Positions 1 to 9,880 are shown, counted from the stretch's first letter. The stretch: 55,156 nucleotides of DNA from a virus (IMGVR_UViG_3300021959_000053:1-55156); one strand, 5' to 3'. Numbers and translations are program-made. The notes: generated from the letters alone by a model not told the origin.

Positions 1-244
1 TTACTTCTCCTGAGTAGAAAGCACACATAAGAATAGGTTCATCATCATCTGACGCTGTAAATGGAATCTTTTGAGAAGTCCATTTAGTGTACCCATCTAT
101 TCTTCTGTAGCCACCTGAAGTATCTGGTTCAAAGTTTTGTAACTCAAGGGCAGCACCAGGTGGTACCTCAAAGTTAGACTTATCTAAAATTAAGCCACCT
201 TGTAGTGGGAATATAAAAGGAGAAAGACCAGTTGTATCAGCCAT
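1..244 (-). CDS. Partial duplicate of the 5' end of the tail nozzle gene (53110-54822)
   Basis: Lies within the terminal overlap; ATG at 244 gives MADTTGLSPF. Confidence 0.85.
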   Translation of the reverse strand, partial: MADTTGLSPFIFPLQGGLILDKSNFEVPPGAALELQNFEPDTSGGYRRIDGYTKWTSQKIPFTASDDDEPILMCAFYSGEV

Positions 245-578
245 ATTGCTTGTTCTCTTTTAAGAAACTGAAGGAAATACAGATGTACTTACACCTGGAC
301 CAGAAAGTACAGTTGAACGTATGTACTTAAAACGATTAACAAGATTAGTTTGCATCTGTGTAATACCGCTATTAAACCTAGACCAGTTTGCTTGGTATTG
401 CTCTAGCTCACCTCTGTACTGGTAAGCATAAGATGTAGCACCATCTGCAATAACTGGACGGTATAACTCAGGTATGTCAGGTACATCTGATGCTTCTGAC
501 AGAGCTACTGTTGAAGCGTAATACTCAAACTTTAATGTATAAGCTTTATCTGGGTAAGGGTATAAAAGATAGTTATTA
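1..578. repeat. Terminal overlap, left copy (570/578 identical to 54579-55156)
   Basis: Direct comparison; differences at 128, 205, 252, 299, 377, 395, 416, 466. Confidence 0.97.
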
Positions 579-982
579 TCAGGAGTACGTACAATCATTC
601 TAGGTTCACCACCTTGAACAGTTGCATCATCTTCTTGATCTATAAATCTGTCTACATACTCTTTGTAGTCTAAAACAGAAAGACCCCCACCCTTTGATCC
701 AAGAGTAGAGTCTTTTGTTAGTCTAAATGTTTCGTAGTCTACCGTTTTAGAACCAGTAGGTATACTGTACCGACTTGTACCTGCTTCTAAAACTTGAGAA
801 CCTGTATTATGATTAAAAGGCCAGTTAAACTCTCTATGATTAACGTAGCTAATAGCGTCATTAACAGCATTTTTACATTGAACTTGAAAGCCACGGGCGT
901 TACTAAAAGTAGCAGTAGTTAGCCTAACCTCATTCATACGAGCCAGTACTTCGTTAGTAAGGTCTAGATAGGTATAAGCCAT
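260..982 (-). CDS. Tail tubular protein A / head-tail adaptor (T7 gp11-like)
   Basis: MAYTYLDLTNEVLARMNEV start, YPYPDKAYTLKFEYY; position between capsid genes and nozzle. Confidence 0.7.
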   Translation of the reverse strand: MAYTYLDLTNEVLARMNEVRLTTATFSNARGFQVQCKNAVNDAISYVNHREFNWPFNHNTGSQVLEAGTSRYSIPTGSKTVDYETFRLTKDSTLGSKGGGLSVLDYKEYVDRFIDQEDDATVQGGEPRMIVRTPDNNYLLYPYPDKAYTLKFEYYASTVALSEASDVPDIPELYRPVIADGATSYAYQYRGELEQYQANWSRFNSGITQMQTNLVNRFKYIRSTVLSGPGVSTSVFPSVS

Positions 983-1008
983 TAGTCACCCTTAAACATT
1001 TAATTAAT

Positions 1009-1038
1009 AAAAAGAAGCCCCCTTTACGAGGGCTCCTT
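1009..1038 (-). terminator. Rho-independent terminator after the capsid operon
   Basis: Minus strand GAGCCCTC-GTAAA-GGGGGCTTC followed by TTTTT. Confidence 0.8.
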
Positions 1039-1049
1039 AGTAAGTTGTA

Positions 1050-1541
1050 TTATGCGAGTAAGTCGCGGTCTACTTCAGCAGCACCTTTGTCTGAACCAAT
1101 GCTGTCTACGTCCATAAGGACTGCATAAACACGGATCTTACCAGAAGTGTCTGGAGTAGTACCCAATACTAACATATCGATAGTATCGGATGTAGTGACC
1201 AAGATTGGACACGCAGTGTTTGCCAAAGTGCCGTAAGCACCAGCAGATGCACCTGTTACGGTCATACCGTCTACAAATGCGTCAACGTCACCACCTGTGA
1301 TACCAAGATCGATAGTACAAGAGTTACCACCAGCAGGTGCCGAAGTAACTTCCATACCAGCTGCCATTACCATAGTGTTAGCACCTACAGTGATAGCTTG
1401 GATGATGTCGTTTGCTGCAAGGGCTGACCCTTTTGCAGTAGCAGCCGCAGCTAGGTCTATTTCTTTTTCGACCATATACGGTTTGTTATTTGGGTTGCCT
1501 CTGCCGCCAACGGCTTTAGCGAGAGTTGTTACAGTAGCCAT
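1050..1541 (-). CDS. Putative capsid decoration / minor structural protein
   Basis: 163 aa, Ala/Gly/Thr-rich, immediately downstream of the major capsid gene. Confidence 0.55.
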   Translation of the reverse strand: MATVTTLAKAVGGRGNPNNKPYMVEKEIDLAAAATAKGSALAANDIIQAITVGANTMVMAAGMEVTSAPAGGNSCTIDLGITGGDVDAFVDGMTVTGASAGAYGTLANTACPILVTTSDTIDMLVLGTTPDTSGKIRVYAVLMDVDSIGSDKGAAEVDRDLLA

Positions 1542-1567
1542 TTAAAAAATCCTTTCAAGACATGACC

Positions 1568-1602
1568 AAAAGTAGGTACCCCACTCAAAGTAGAGTACCT
1601 AC
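1568..1602 (-). terminator. Hairpin / leaky terminator after the major capsid gene
   Basis: GTAGGTACTCTACT-TTG-AGTGGGGTACCTAC followed by TTTT. Confidence 0.65.
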
Positions 1603-1608
1603 CATAGG

Positions 1609-2682
1609 TTAGGCTAAGTTGTACTTAGCAGTTACCAGTGCTTCTGGGCGAAGTATTTTCCTACCATATAGATGCATACCACGAACAATATCTGCGAATG
1701 AATCTGGATCACGGTAGGTTTCAGTCTTATTAACTTGCTCAGCAGTTGCTACAGCAGAGTCGTGACCACCAACAATAACACCATAATCTGTGTTTTGGTT
1801 AGCAGTACCAGTAGTAGCAGAGCCACCACCAACTGAAGGTAGATTATTGGATACATACACGCGGAAACCATTCCACTTGCTCATAACCAAACCGTTACGC
1901 AGAGCACCAGCATCTCCAAAGTCAGCATTCAAGAAACGGCTGTCTTCGTCCATTAGGACTTCTAGCATTACCGGGTCAATACACAGCCAACGACCATCCT
2001 TGTCAACATTCTGTTGGTCAAGTAGACGGCCCATGCGGTTAATCAACATTACAGGTGATGCATAAGCTGTTGGCAGGGCAGTAGCACCTGGCAAACGCGC
2101 AGCAACTGGAATAGAGTGATCAGCAGCAGAAGCTGTTGTAATGTTTCCAAAAGAAGATTTAATCAACTTCATAGAAGACAACAACTCGTCAGTACCAGCT
2201 GTAGAAACAGCAACAGTACCATTTACTTGATCGTTGACAGTATCAGCATCAGTATGCAAAGCAGACTGTTTGTAACCTGCCAGGTAGCCTAGAACTTCTT
2301 GGTCAAGCTGATCAGCCAAGCGGTAAGCCGCACGGTTGGTTGCGAGATCCATGAAATTGACATGACTATGGGCTTCCTCAATATCGTCGATTTTGAAAGC
2401 AAAATAGTTAGCTTTATCAATGGTTAAGGAGAAATCTTCATCATCAAGATCTTGAGCTGCGATTTGTGTACCACGCGCATAGCTTGATACAGAAATTTCA
2501 GGCTCCTTTATAATTTTCACCGTATCCCCTTGTGCGCTGATCTCACCAAAATAATCAGAGTTAGTGATGTCATTGCAGATAGCTTTCTTGCGGAATGCAA
2601 GCTGAACTTTCTTGGAATAAATGACGCTGGAAAAGTTTCCATTTGGCAGGTTTCCGTGACCTGCAGCTGCTGTAAAAGCCAT
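1609..2682 (-). CDS. Major capsid protein (357 aa)
   Basis: MAFTAAAGHGNLPNGNFSSVIYSKKVQLAFRK ... DSFADIVRGMHLYGRKILRPEAL, typical of marine podovirus coat proteins; start moved to ATG 2682 with AAGGA RBS. Confidence 0.9.
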   Translation of the reverse strand: MAFTAAAGHGNLPNGNFSSVIYSKKVQLAFRKKAICNDITNSDYFGEISAQGDTVKIIKEPEISVSSYARGTQIAAQDLDDEDFSLTIDKANYFAFKIDDIEEAHSHVNFMDLATNRAAYRLADQLDQEVLGYLAGYKQSALHTDADTVNDQVNGTVAVSTAGTDELLSSMKLIKSSFGNITTASAADHSIPVAARLPGATALPTAYASPVMLINRMGRLLDQQNVDKDGRWLCIDPVMLEVLMDEDSRFLNADFGDAGALRNGLVMSKWNGFRVYVSNNLPSVGGGSATTGTANQNTDYGVIVGGHDSAVATAEQVNKTETYRDPDSFADIVRGMHLYGRKILRPEALVTAKYNLA

Positions 2683-2971
2683 TTTAGTTATCCTTCTAGA
2701 TGTTTGGCTTGATAAATAAGAATCCAGTAAAGTCACACAAGGTGCTTATTTGAGTCGAGTTATGTGTGCGGATTCCAGTTAAGAGAACCTAAACAATCGG
2801 GATAAGAGGCTGACTTCTTTCGAGGGTGCTTTACAAATAACTTGCCAGCTAGTTTGCAAAGGGCCTGTACTTAATCAGGTAAGTCTTAGGGATTATTAGT
2901 GTTCAGTAGTTCACCCCAGAGGGGTTACTGTAGGGTTTTTAGGGTATCCTTAGAAAAGGGGCCGTTAAACT
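2683..2971 (-). ncRNA. Candidate structured 5' leader of the capsid mRNA
   Basis: ~290 nt between promoter and capsid start, with several stems. Confidence 0.45.
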
Positions 2972-2977
2972 CCTACA

Positions 2978-3006
2978 GTTATACCATACTCAATCCCTTG
3001 TGTCAA
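2978..3006 (-). promoter_or_regulatory. sigma70-type promoter for the capsid gene
   Basis: TTGACA-17 nt-TATAAC with TG extension. Confidence 0.8.
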
Positions 3007-3029
3007 GAGACTATTTGAGTAAGATGATA

Positions 3030-3947
3030 TTATCTAGCACGTCCTGAGATATCGTATACAAACTTACCTGAGGCCATTGCTTCTTGAATATCGGCGTAGC
3101 GATCTTCAAACTCTTTATCAGTCATTTTAGATACAACTGATTCTTTAAGATATGATTTTGTTTCATCTGCTTCTACAGTTGTTCTAGTCTTTTTAGATAC
3201 TGTTTTAGCTGCTTCTTTAGCTTTAGACTTTTTAGCAGAAATAGTTAAGTTATTATCTACTTTGTACAAGTCAATAACACGTATAACACTTCCTGCATCG
3301 TCTGAGTTTTCGTAGAGAGCATCACGTACCCACTTAGGTTGTTCCTCCACCCAATCGTGAAACTTATCAGAATCGCGTAGATCATCAAAGTCCTCGTGTG
3401 ACTTACGTATTTCAATTTCAGCTTTAGTTCTAGTAGCTTCATACTTAGCATCATCTAGTTCTTTAAAGCGACTATCAGCTGCAGCAAACTTTTCTGCTGC
3501 TTTCTTATCTGCAATAGTTTCAATAATAGAAGCTACATCTGGATTTTCAGAAGCCCAAGACTCAATGTCTTCGTCAGACATAGGTGGTCTTACAGAACTA
3601 CTTTGAGATTCTAAAGCCTCAAATCTTTCTTCCCATTCCTTTTCTTTAGAAGCCATATGCCGTCTAAGATCACCATATCTTTTCTTAAACGACTTTTCTT
3701 CAGGACTTAACTCAGTGTCTTCCTTGGGCTCTTTAGAAGAATCTTCAACTTTATCTTCAGTTTCCTGAGGCTCTTCAGTCTCTACCTCTTGTTGGTCTTC
3801 TTCTTCTTTAGAACTTTCTTGTCTCTTCATAAGGGCTTCTAGTTCTTCTTCATCTTTTTTAAGACGAGCCTGTTTAGCGGAGTAGTTGCTACCCCTAGCT
3901 ATCATTGTTTCTGTAGGGGTTGTCTCTTTTACCATTTCTGTAGGCAT
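3030..3947 (-). CDS. Capsid scaffolding protein
   Basis: Acidic coiled-coil, FKKRYGDLRRH motif, directly upstream of the capsid gene. Confidence 0.75.
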   Translation of the reverse strand: MPTEMVKETTPTETMIARGSNYSAKQARLKKDEEELEALMKRQESSKEEEDQQEVETEEPQETEDKVEDSSKEPKEDTELSPEEKSFKKRYGDLRRHMASKEKEWEERFEALESQSSSVRPPMSDEDIESWASENPDVASIIETIADKKAAEKFAAADSRFKELDDAKYEATRTKAEIEIRKSHEDFDDLRDSDKFHDWVEEQPKWVRDALYENSDDAGSVIRVIDLYKVDNNLTISAKKSKAKEAAKTVSKKTRTTVEADETKSYLKESVVSKMTDKEFEDRYADIQEAMASGKFVYDISGRAR

Positions 3948-3965
3948 TTTGTATTCCTTTATGTT

Positions 3966-3989
3966 GGGGTCAGCCGAAGCCGAGTAGCC
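3966..3989 (-). promoter_or_regulatory. Leader hairpin upstream of the scaffold RBS
   Basis: GGCTACT-CGGC-TTCG-GCTG-ACCCC with a UUCG tetraloop. Confidence 0.4.
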
Positions 3990-4021
3990 TTAGTTGTTAT
4001 GTAGGAGTAGTTGATAAGGGC

Positions 4022-5926
4022 CTACCTAAGGCCCAAACCTTTTTTGTAAGACTTTGCTTTAGCCTTATTACGAGGTTTTATAAATCCACCTTTATTTAAA
4101 GCACCCGTAGCTGCGTCGCCACCACCCCAGTCAGCACTTCCAAAACCAGCATTAGGAGTACCATCAGGAGTACCAGAAGGGTCTGAATCTACACTAATTC
4201 CGTCTGGTGGTGAAGATGAAGCACTTCCTGAAGGTGCAGTTCCTGAAGGTGCAGTGGGTGTATCACCAAACTCACCTTTAGGGTCAGTACCGTATCCAGC
4301 GTCTGAAGCGCTTTTTGATGATGTAGACGAGGATGGTGTAATACCAATAGCTGCAGCTAAACCAGGATCAACCTGTCCTGCTTGATAGCCTACATATCCT
4401 GCTGGACCTTGTAACCTAGAAGGACGGCTTGTAGGTCTTGTAGATGTTTTAGGTGCATTCTTAGTTGGTGTTGTATCTTTTGTACCTTTTTTATCTGTTT
4501 TACCTTTTGTACTCTTTATACCTTTTTTAGCTATGTCATCTAGAGCTTTTTTCTGTTCATCTGTTAACGTGTTATAATTTTGCACAACCTGATTAAACAT
4601 TTTAATATCTTGTCTAAAAAAGTTTTTATCTAGCTTAACATTGTTTTTTACTCCAAAAGCTATAGCTGCAGCCTCTAGCTCATCAGATAACTCTGTTAAA
4701 CCTATTGCTTCATAAAAGTCACTTAGAGCAACAGCTTTAGACATTTTGGCAGTATCTGAAATATGACCAATAAGACTTGTTAGACCTAAACCTACTATAC
4801 CTTTTACTCCACCTGTGAGAGCCCCCAAAATACCTTTAGCTGTCTTATTATTTTTACCAGTTAAATTATTTTCAATTTCTTGCATTCTGTCTGCAATTGT
4901 TTTTTGAATACCAGTTAACTTAGAAATACTCTCATCTTCTCTTAGACCAAGTTCAATTTCAATTTGTTCCACAACTTTGTTAGGATCATCCATTTCTAAA
5001 CTATCCATCCAAGCACCAGGCCTTGATGCATGTTCTGCTGCCTCCCTATCTTCTGGTCCCATTTGAGAATAGTCTGGAGTTTCTACTTCTTTTTTATCAA
5101 TATCTTTGTCTTGCAACCCAAATTTAGTTGGGGTAAGATCAAGCTGATTTCCTTCCATTGAAGAAAAACCAAGATAATAATCGAAAGGATTAAAACTACT
5201 TAGATAAGTAGCAGGATCGTATGGGTCTGTATCAGTACCATCAGGCTTTTTTGTAAAATCAATTGAGTTAGCAGTAGGAAAAAGATTTGAACCAGCAGTG
5301 GAAAAAGACTTTGAAGCTACAGTTGTTAGAGGATTATAACTACCTTGAGGACCGCCAGTTACTACTTTTTTAGGGGTAAAGCTACCCTGAGGGCCACCAG
5401 GAGATGTTATAACACCTCCAGGCGCGTACCCTTTAACTTTAGGAAGAGTTCCCTTGTCGTCTTTAGTTAAAGAAATACCCTTTGCTTTAAGGATGTTACT
5501 TACAGCTGGGCTTGCAGCAGCAGCTTGAGAAACTCTATTTACAATAGCATTATAAGAATTACCTTTAGCTAAGCCACCTTCATTGTAGCCCTCAAGCATT
5601 TTTATGTCTTCTTCAAGAGTTGGTGCTTTGTTTTCTTGAGGTTCTTCAACTACTTCTTCAGAAAGGACAGGTTCTCCACCTAGACGCCCATCGTCTTCCA
5701 TTTCTTGTAAGCCTTCTTTAGCTTTCTTACGTAGTTTTTCAAAGTAAGAAACACCAAAGAATTTAACAACATCAGCAGGTACAACGTATTCACCTTCCGA
5801 TAATCTAGCATCAATATCATCTCTAACGTCAACTGCATTGGACCCAGGTGGTATATCATTACCAGAAACAGGATCTACTTCTAAACCGTCAGTAGCTAGA
5901 CCACCTTCTTTAGCTATGTTTTCCAT
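4022..5926 (-). CDS. Large virion-associated protein with N-terminal DDIDARLSEGEYVVPADVV domain and disordered tail
   Basis: 634 aa ORF between portal and scaffold. Confidence 0.6.
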   Translation of the reverse strand: MENIAKEGGLATDGLEVDPVSGNDIPPGSNAVDVRDDIDARLSEGEYVVPADVVKFFGVSYFEKLRKKAKEGLQEMEDDGRLGGEPVLSEEVVEEPQENKAPTLEEDIKMLEGYNEGGLAKGNSYNAIVNRVSQAAAASPAVSNILKAKGISLTKDDKGTLPKVKGYAPGGVITSPGGPQGSFTPKKVVTGGPQGSYNPLTTVASKSFSTAGSNLFPTANSIDFTKKPDGTDTDPYDPATYLSSFNPFDYYLGFSSMEGNQLDLTPTKFGLQDKDIDKKEVETPDYSQMGPEDREAAEHASRPGAWMDSLEMDDPNKVVEQIEIELGLREDESISKLTGIQKTIADRMQEIENNLTGKNNKTAKGILGALTGGVKGIVGLGLTSLIGHISDTAKMSKAVALSDFYEAIGLTELSDELEAAAIAFGVKNNVKLDKNFFRQDIKMFNQVVQNYNTLTDEQKKALDDIAKKGIKSTKGKTDKKGTKDTTPTKNAPKTSTRPTSRPSRLQGPAGYVGYQAGQVDPGLAAAIGITPSSSTSSKSASDAGYGTDPKGEFGDTPTAPSGTAPSGSASSSPPDGISVDSDPSGTPDGTPNAGFGSADWGGGDAATGALNKGGFIKPRNKAKAKSYKKGLGLR

Positions 5927-5959
5927 TAGGGCTTTACCTTTACTCTGTTACGTAAATTA

Positions 5960-6166
5960 TTAAAAAGTTTCTGGATTTGAGTTATTAAACTTATCTCGCA
6001 GTTGTTTAAGACTTTGTAAAGCTTTTATCTCACCCTGCAGTCGGTATAACTCTAGTGCTTCATTTCTTTGCTCTAACTGTTTATAACAAAACTTAATACG
6101 ATTATCTATTTCTTCACAAAAAGAATCCCAAAGAGGTTTGTCATTTGTTAGTCGTTTAATCTGCAT
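5960..6166 (-). CDS. Small conserved protein downstream of the portal
   Basis: 68 aa, ELYRLQGEIKAL motif typical of portal-adjacent small genes. Confidence 0.65.
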   Translation of the reverse strand: MQIKRLTNDKPLWDSFCEEIDNRIKFCYKQLEQRNEALELYRLQGEIKALQSLKQLRDKFNNSNPETF

Positions 6167-6178
6167 TAATTACTTTCC

Positions 6179-8284
6179 TTATGAAGACCCAGTGTTTGCT
6201 GAGAAACCTTGTTCACCAGGGATAGGCGCTGAACCTGTACCCATTCCTCCAGCTGGCAAACCTCCTGTTGGAGCCTGAGGTGCTTCAGGACCTTGGGGTG
6301 CATTAGGGTCTACGGCTGGTGCTTCTGGAGGATTTTCTTCTTTAAACTTTTTAAGAATTTCGGCTTGGACAGCTGCTTCTCCAAGAGAGTTTACTAACTT
6401 GTCAGAGTCAAGATCCATTGAGTTAGCAATTTCACGTATAATATAATCCATTTTAGCGAAAGGAGCTAGAGTTGGATTTTGTACGACTTGTAAGAATTGC
6501 ATTAGGCGCTGAGACCTTACTTCATTTGCCATTAAGGAAGAAGTACCTTGAGCTTTTACATCAAGATCACCTTTAATCTCTGGGTCATGGTCAAACTGCA
6601 TATTAAAAGAAAAGAAAGCTTTACCGAGTGGACCTAGTAGGTAGTCATCAACATTCTTAATTACAGTACGTATAGATCCATTAGCTGCAGACATAAGCAT
6701 AGAGATACCACTTGCTGTTCTACCAACACCAGAAACTCCTGTTTGACCGTGGGAAAAGCTAGGAAGTCCTGTTGACTCGTCAGCTAGTATTCTTGCTTTA
6801 TCAAACATTTGCATATTTTCGTTTGATACGTTAGGAAACTTAGTTCCAAAAATGCCTTGGCCTGGTGCACCACCTTGTCTTCTAAAGACTTTTCCTGGGT
6901 ACACACTAAGGTCTTGTCCAGGGACTAGGTTAGTTTCATCTACTTCAATTAAAAGATTACCAGATAAAGCTGCGTTATCTACAGCCATACGCATAAAACC
7001 ATTCATTAAAGTTTGTGTATCATCCATATTTTCAGCAAGACCTACTCCAAAGAAAGAGTATGGATTTACTTCGTATGGTACTGCAAAGTAAGGAATAATT
7101 TGAGGGTTAAAGGGATTCATAACTAAACGCAAAACTTCGCCATTGCAAATCCAAGCATTTACATTCAACTGGTCAGCATCTCGTAGTTCTTTGGGTATTT
7201 CTATTTTGTATTCTTCTAGAACTTCTTTGTCTACGTAACCCCAAAACTCTAAGACTTCAAAACGTTCTGAGCGAGTTTCTTGGCTATCGTCTTCCATAGC
7301 TTGTTCCCACCACTCTTTAGAGTAGGACTCTCCGTAAGACATGGCAAGATCAATAGAATTATTTCTAAAGAAAGGTCTACGTTTTAGAGACCGCATTTGA
7401 GACCTAGACATTTTATGACGTTCTATAACGTACTCTGCTTCATCCATAGAGTTTGAATCAGGGTCTGGGTAAAAGTCCCAGATAGATACAGAGTCACACT
7501 GAGGCATTGTTTTAAAGCGAGGTTTATACGTTCCTTCCTCATCCCAGTTAGGATACTCTTTGTCAATAGCAAAAGGACCCTTCATAATACCAGTACCAAA
7601 AAGAGCACATTCAAAAGCAGCTGTTCTTAGTTTTTTAGAAGCTCCTGATTCCTCAAGCTGGTCATGTATCTTCTTTTCCATTTTCTTAGCTGCAATAGAA
7701 GCTGGATGAAAAGTAGCTTCAGTAGCAGTCTGACCTTCACCTTCTTCTATTTTGTCAGAAACAGGTTCTAGTTTAGACTTTAGAAAACCTAGTCTTTCTT
7801 GAAGATCAATAATAGTTTCACCTGGTTGTAGCTTAGTGTCTTCTGGCTTTAACTCAGGTTCTTTAACGTTTTGCATTTCTGGGTTTATATCAAAATGCAC
7901 AGCTTCAGCAATGTTTTCTGGAATAGGAGTTGGATCAATAGTAATTGGAAACTTGTTATTTCCAAAAAGAACTTCTACTAATTGACCGTAAGCAGCCAGT
8001 ACCTTAGTCTTTGTAACTTTTACAAAAATACGAGACTTCTCTGTACTTGTGAACATAGTATCAGGACCATAAATACCACGGTAGTTACGATAAGCTCTAA
8101 CCCATCTTTCCTCGTCAGACTGTCGGCTAGTTTCAGCCTTACGAAATCTTTCAGTTATGTAAGTTACAACACCACCAACTTTATCGTCAATCGTGTCTCC
8201 TTCTTCGATATCATCTATGTAAGAAGACTCTTCTTGCTCCATGTTGCTTTCGAAGTCTTGGTCATCAATATCAAAATTATCCAT
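6179..8284 (-). CDS. Portal protein
   Basis: 701 aa; FGTGIMKGP, YPDPD, PYEVNPYSFFGVG motifs; follows terminase. Confidence 0.88.
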   Translation of the reverse strand: MDNFDIDDQDFESNMEQEESSYIDDIEEGDTIDDKVGGVVTYITERFRKAETSRQSDEERWVRAYRNYRGIYGPDTMFTSTEKSRIFVKVTKTKVLAAYGQLVEVLFGNNKFPITIDPTPIPENIAEAVHFDINPEMQNVKEPELKPEDTKLQPGETIIDLQERLGFLKSKLEPVSDKIEEGEGQTATEATFHPASIAAKKMEKKIHDQLEESGASKKLRTAAFECALFGTGIMKGPFAIDKEYPNWDEEGTYKPRFKTMPQCDSVSIWDFYPDPDSNSMDEAEYVIERHKMSRSQMRSLKRRPFFRNNSIDLAMSYGESYSKEWWEQAMEDDSQETRSERFEVLEFWGYVDKEVLEEYKIEIPKELRDADQLNVNAWICNGEVLRLVMNPFNPQIIPYFAVPYEVNPYSFFGVGLAENMDDTQTLMNGFMRMAVDNAALSGNLLIEVDETNLVPGQDLSVYPGKVFRRQGGAPGQGIFGTKFPNVSNENMQMFDKARILADESTGLPSFSHGQTGVSGVGRTASGISMLMSAANGSIRTVIKNVDDYLLGPLGKAFFSFNMQFDHDPEIKGDLDVKAQGTSSLMANEVRSQRLMQFLQVVQNPTLAPFAKMDYIIREIANSMDLDSDKLVNSLGEAAVQAEILKKFKEENPPEAPAVDPNAPQGPEAPQAPTGGLPAGGMGTGSAPIPGEQGFSANTGSS

Positions 8285-8293
8285 AAGATTTCC

Positions 8294-9880
8294 TTAGTAT
8301 CCAAATACTTTATCTGACGCTTGGAAGCCAGACTGTTGATTGTTTGGGTCATAATCCCATAAAGAAGAACGTGGTCTTGTCATAAGTCCGTACCTTAGAG
8401 CGTCATAGCCGTGGTCTATTGGGCTTTTTGTGTCTACGTCTTCTGGGTTGCTTTTGTCTAAAGGTAAAGACGGAAGTTCTGTTACAATGTTTCTACAAGT
8501 ATTAAAGAACACTAATCTAGGTTCTTCTGTAAATTCGTCTATTTGCAACCTACGATGTAGTTCATTTTTACCAGCTACACGAGAACCTTTAGATCGGTCA
8601 GAAGGTCTCCACCTACAGCCTTTTTGAATCATCTGTTCAGCTAAAGAAGGTCCTGTGTCTCCTCGTTTGTGCCATAATGAACTGTCGAGTACACCATATC
8701 TTATCTTTTCTCCAGCCTCTATCTCATTAATAATATCAGCTAAGTCAGAAGCAGTCGTCTTGTTAATGTATAGTTCTCTATAGATAACTATTTGCTCTGA
8801 GGGAGTTACGGCGAACCACAGTACTGCTGTCATAGATCCGTAACCATAGTCACATGCTCTAAACTTAGCCCAACTGTGAGGTATGTCATAGGGCTCAACT
8901 ACATGCAGTTTAGTACTAAACTCTGAAAAAGCAGCACCCTCTGATACACTCCAGTCTCCATCAAGTAATTGTCTTCGTTGGTGTTCTGGCATTGACAAAA
9001 GGTTAGCTTCGTACATGCCGTCTTCTGATAAGTAAGGATTGTTAAACAAGTTAGCAGGTATAAACCTTCTTTTAAATAAAGGTGTTCCTTCCCACTTGTG
9101 TCCTTTAGGCCACTTAATTACTTGACCAGTTTCATCTGTTGCCCAAAAGGAACGATCAGCTGGGGAAGGATCAATAAACATTTTCTTGACCCAGTGATGT
9201 CCGTATCCCCCAGGGTTTGTTGTAGCTCTCATGTAGAGAGGTAAGCCTGAAGCACTCGTAGCTCTAAGTCTACTTCGCATATAGGTCCAGGCGAAGCTAC
9301 TAGGCCATTGTGTTAACTCGTCTAAACCAATCCAGTTAAAGGCTTGTCCTTGATAACGCATAACATCATCGTCGCGATCTAAGTAAGACATCCAGAGAGT
9401 AGCGCCACTTGGGGCAACCCATGTCTTATCTCTTTCCATAAACTTAATACCTGGAATAGCTCTAGGATAAAGCTGTTTAGATACTGATATAAGTTCACGA
9501 AGTTCCTCTGTACTACGTCTAACAAGTAAGGCACGAGACTGAGGATTATTAAAGTACCTAACAGGATCAGCAACCATTGCGTAGCTTTTACCACCACCAG
9601 CTGCCCCACCATACAACACTTCTTGCTCACTAGATGCTAGGAAATCTTCCTGAGGCCCTGGGTTAGGTTGGAAGATAATATCTTGTGCTTTCTTAATGTC
9701 TATCTGTTCTGGTTTAGCTCTCGCTGCAATCTTCGTTGTCTGCGTCGAGGACTCTTGTACCTGTTCCACCGATTCTATTTTCTTCAAGTTTTTTGGCTTT
9801 TTCCGAGGCTTCTTTCGAGCGCCTTTCATAGACCCTATAGGTTGTGGCTGTCCTGCGCCTAGTTTCTTCGATGTTGACAC
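8294..9880 (-). CDS. terL: Terminase large subunit (start uncertain)
   Basis: Walker A YGGAAGGGKS, Walker B IGLDE, TTNPGG, nuclease DYGY and DHGYDALRY. Confidence 0.95.
   Translation of the reverse strand: MSTSKKLGAGQPQPIGSMKGARKKPRKKPKNLKKIESVEQVQESSTQTTKIAARAKPEQIDIKKAQDIIFQPNPGPQEDFLASSEQEVLYGGAAGGGKSYAMVADPVRYFNNPQSRALLVRRSTEELRELISVSKQLYPRAIPGIKFMERDKTWVAPSGATLWMSYLDRDDDVMRYQGQAFNWIGLDELTQWPSSFAWTYMRSRLRATSASGLPLYMRATTNPGGYGHHWVKKMFIDPSPADRSFWATDETGQVIKWPKGHKWEGTPLFKRRFIPANLFNNPYLSEDGMYEANLLSMPEHQRRQLLDGDWSVSEGAAFSEFSTKLHVVEPYDIPHSWAKFRACDYGYGSMTAVLWFAVTPSEQIVIYRELYINKTTASDLADIINEIEAGEKIRYGVLDSSLWHKRGDTGPSLAEQMIQKGCRWRPSDRSKGSRVAGKNELHRRLQIDEFTEEPRLVFFNTCRNIVTELPSLPLDKSNPEDVDTKSPIDHGYDALRYGLMTRPRSSLWDYDPNNQQSGFQASDKVFGY

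Noticed and set aside
1-578. True direct terminal repeat
   Set aside because: The copies differ at 8 sites and cut through two tail genes; an assembly overlap is more likely
2683-2736. N-terminal extension of the capsid ORF in the ORF track
   Set aside because: ATG 2682 has a clear RBS and the family-typical MAF start
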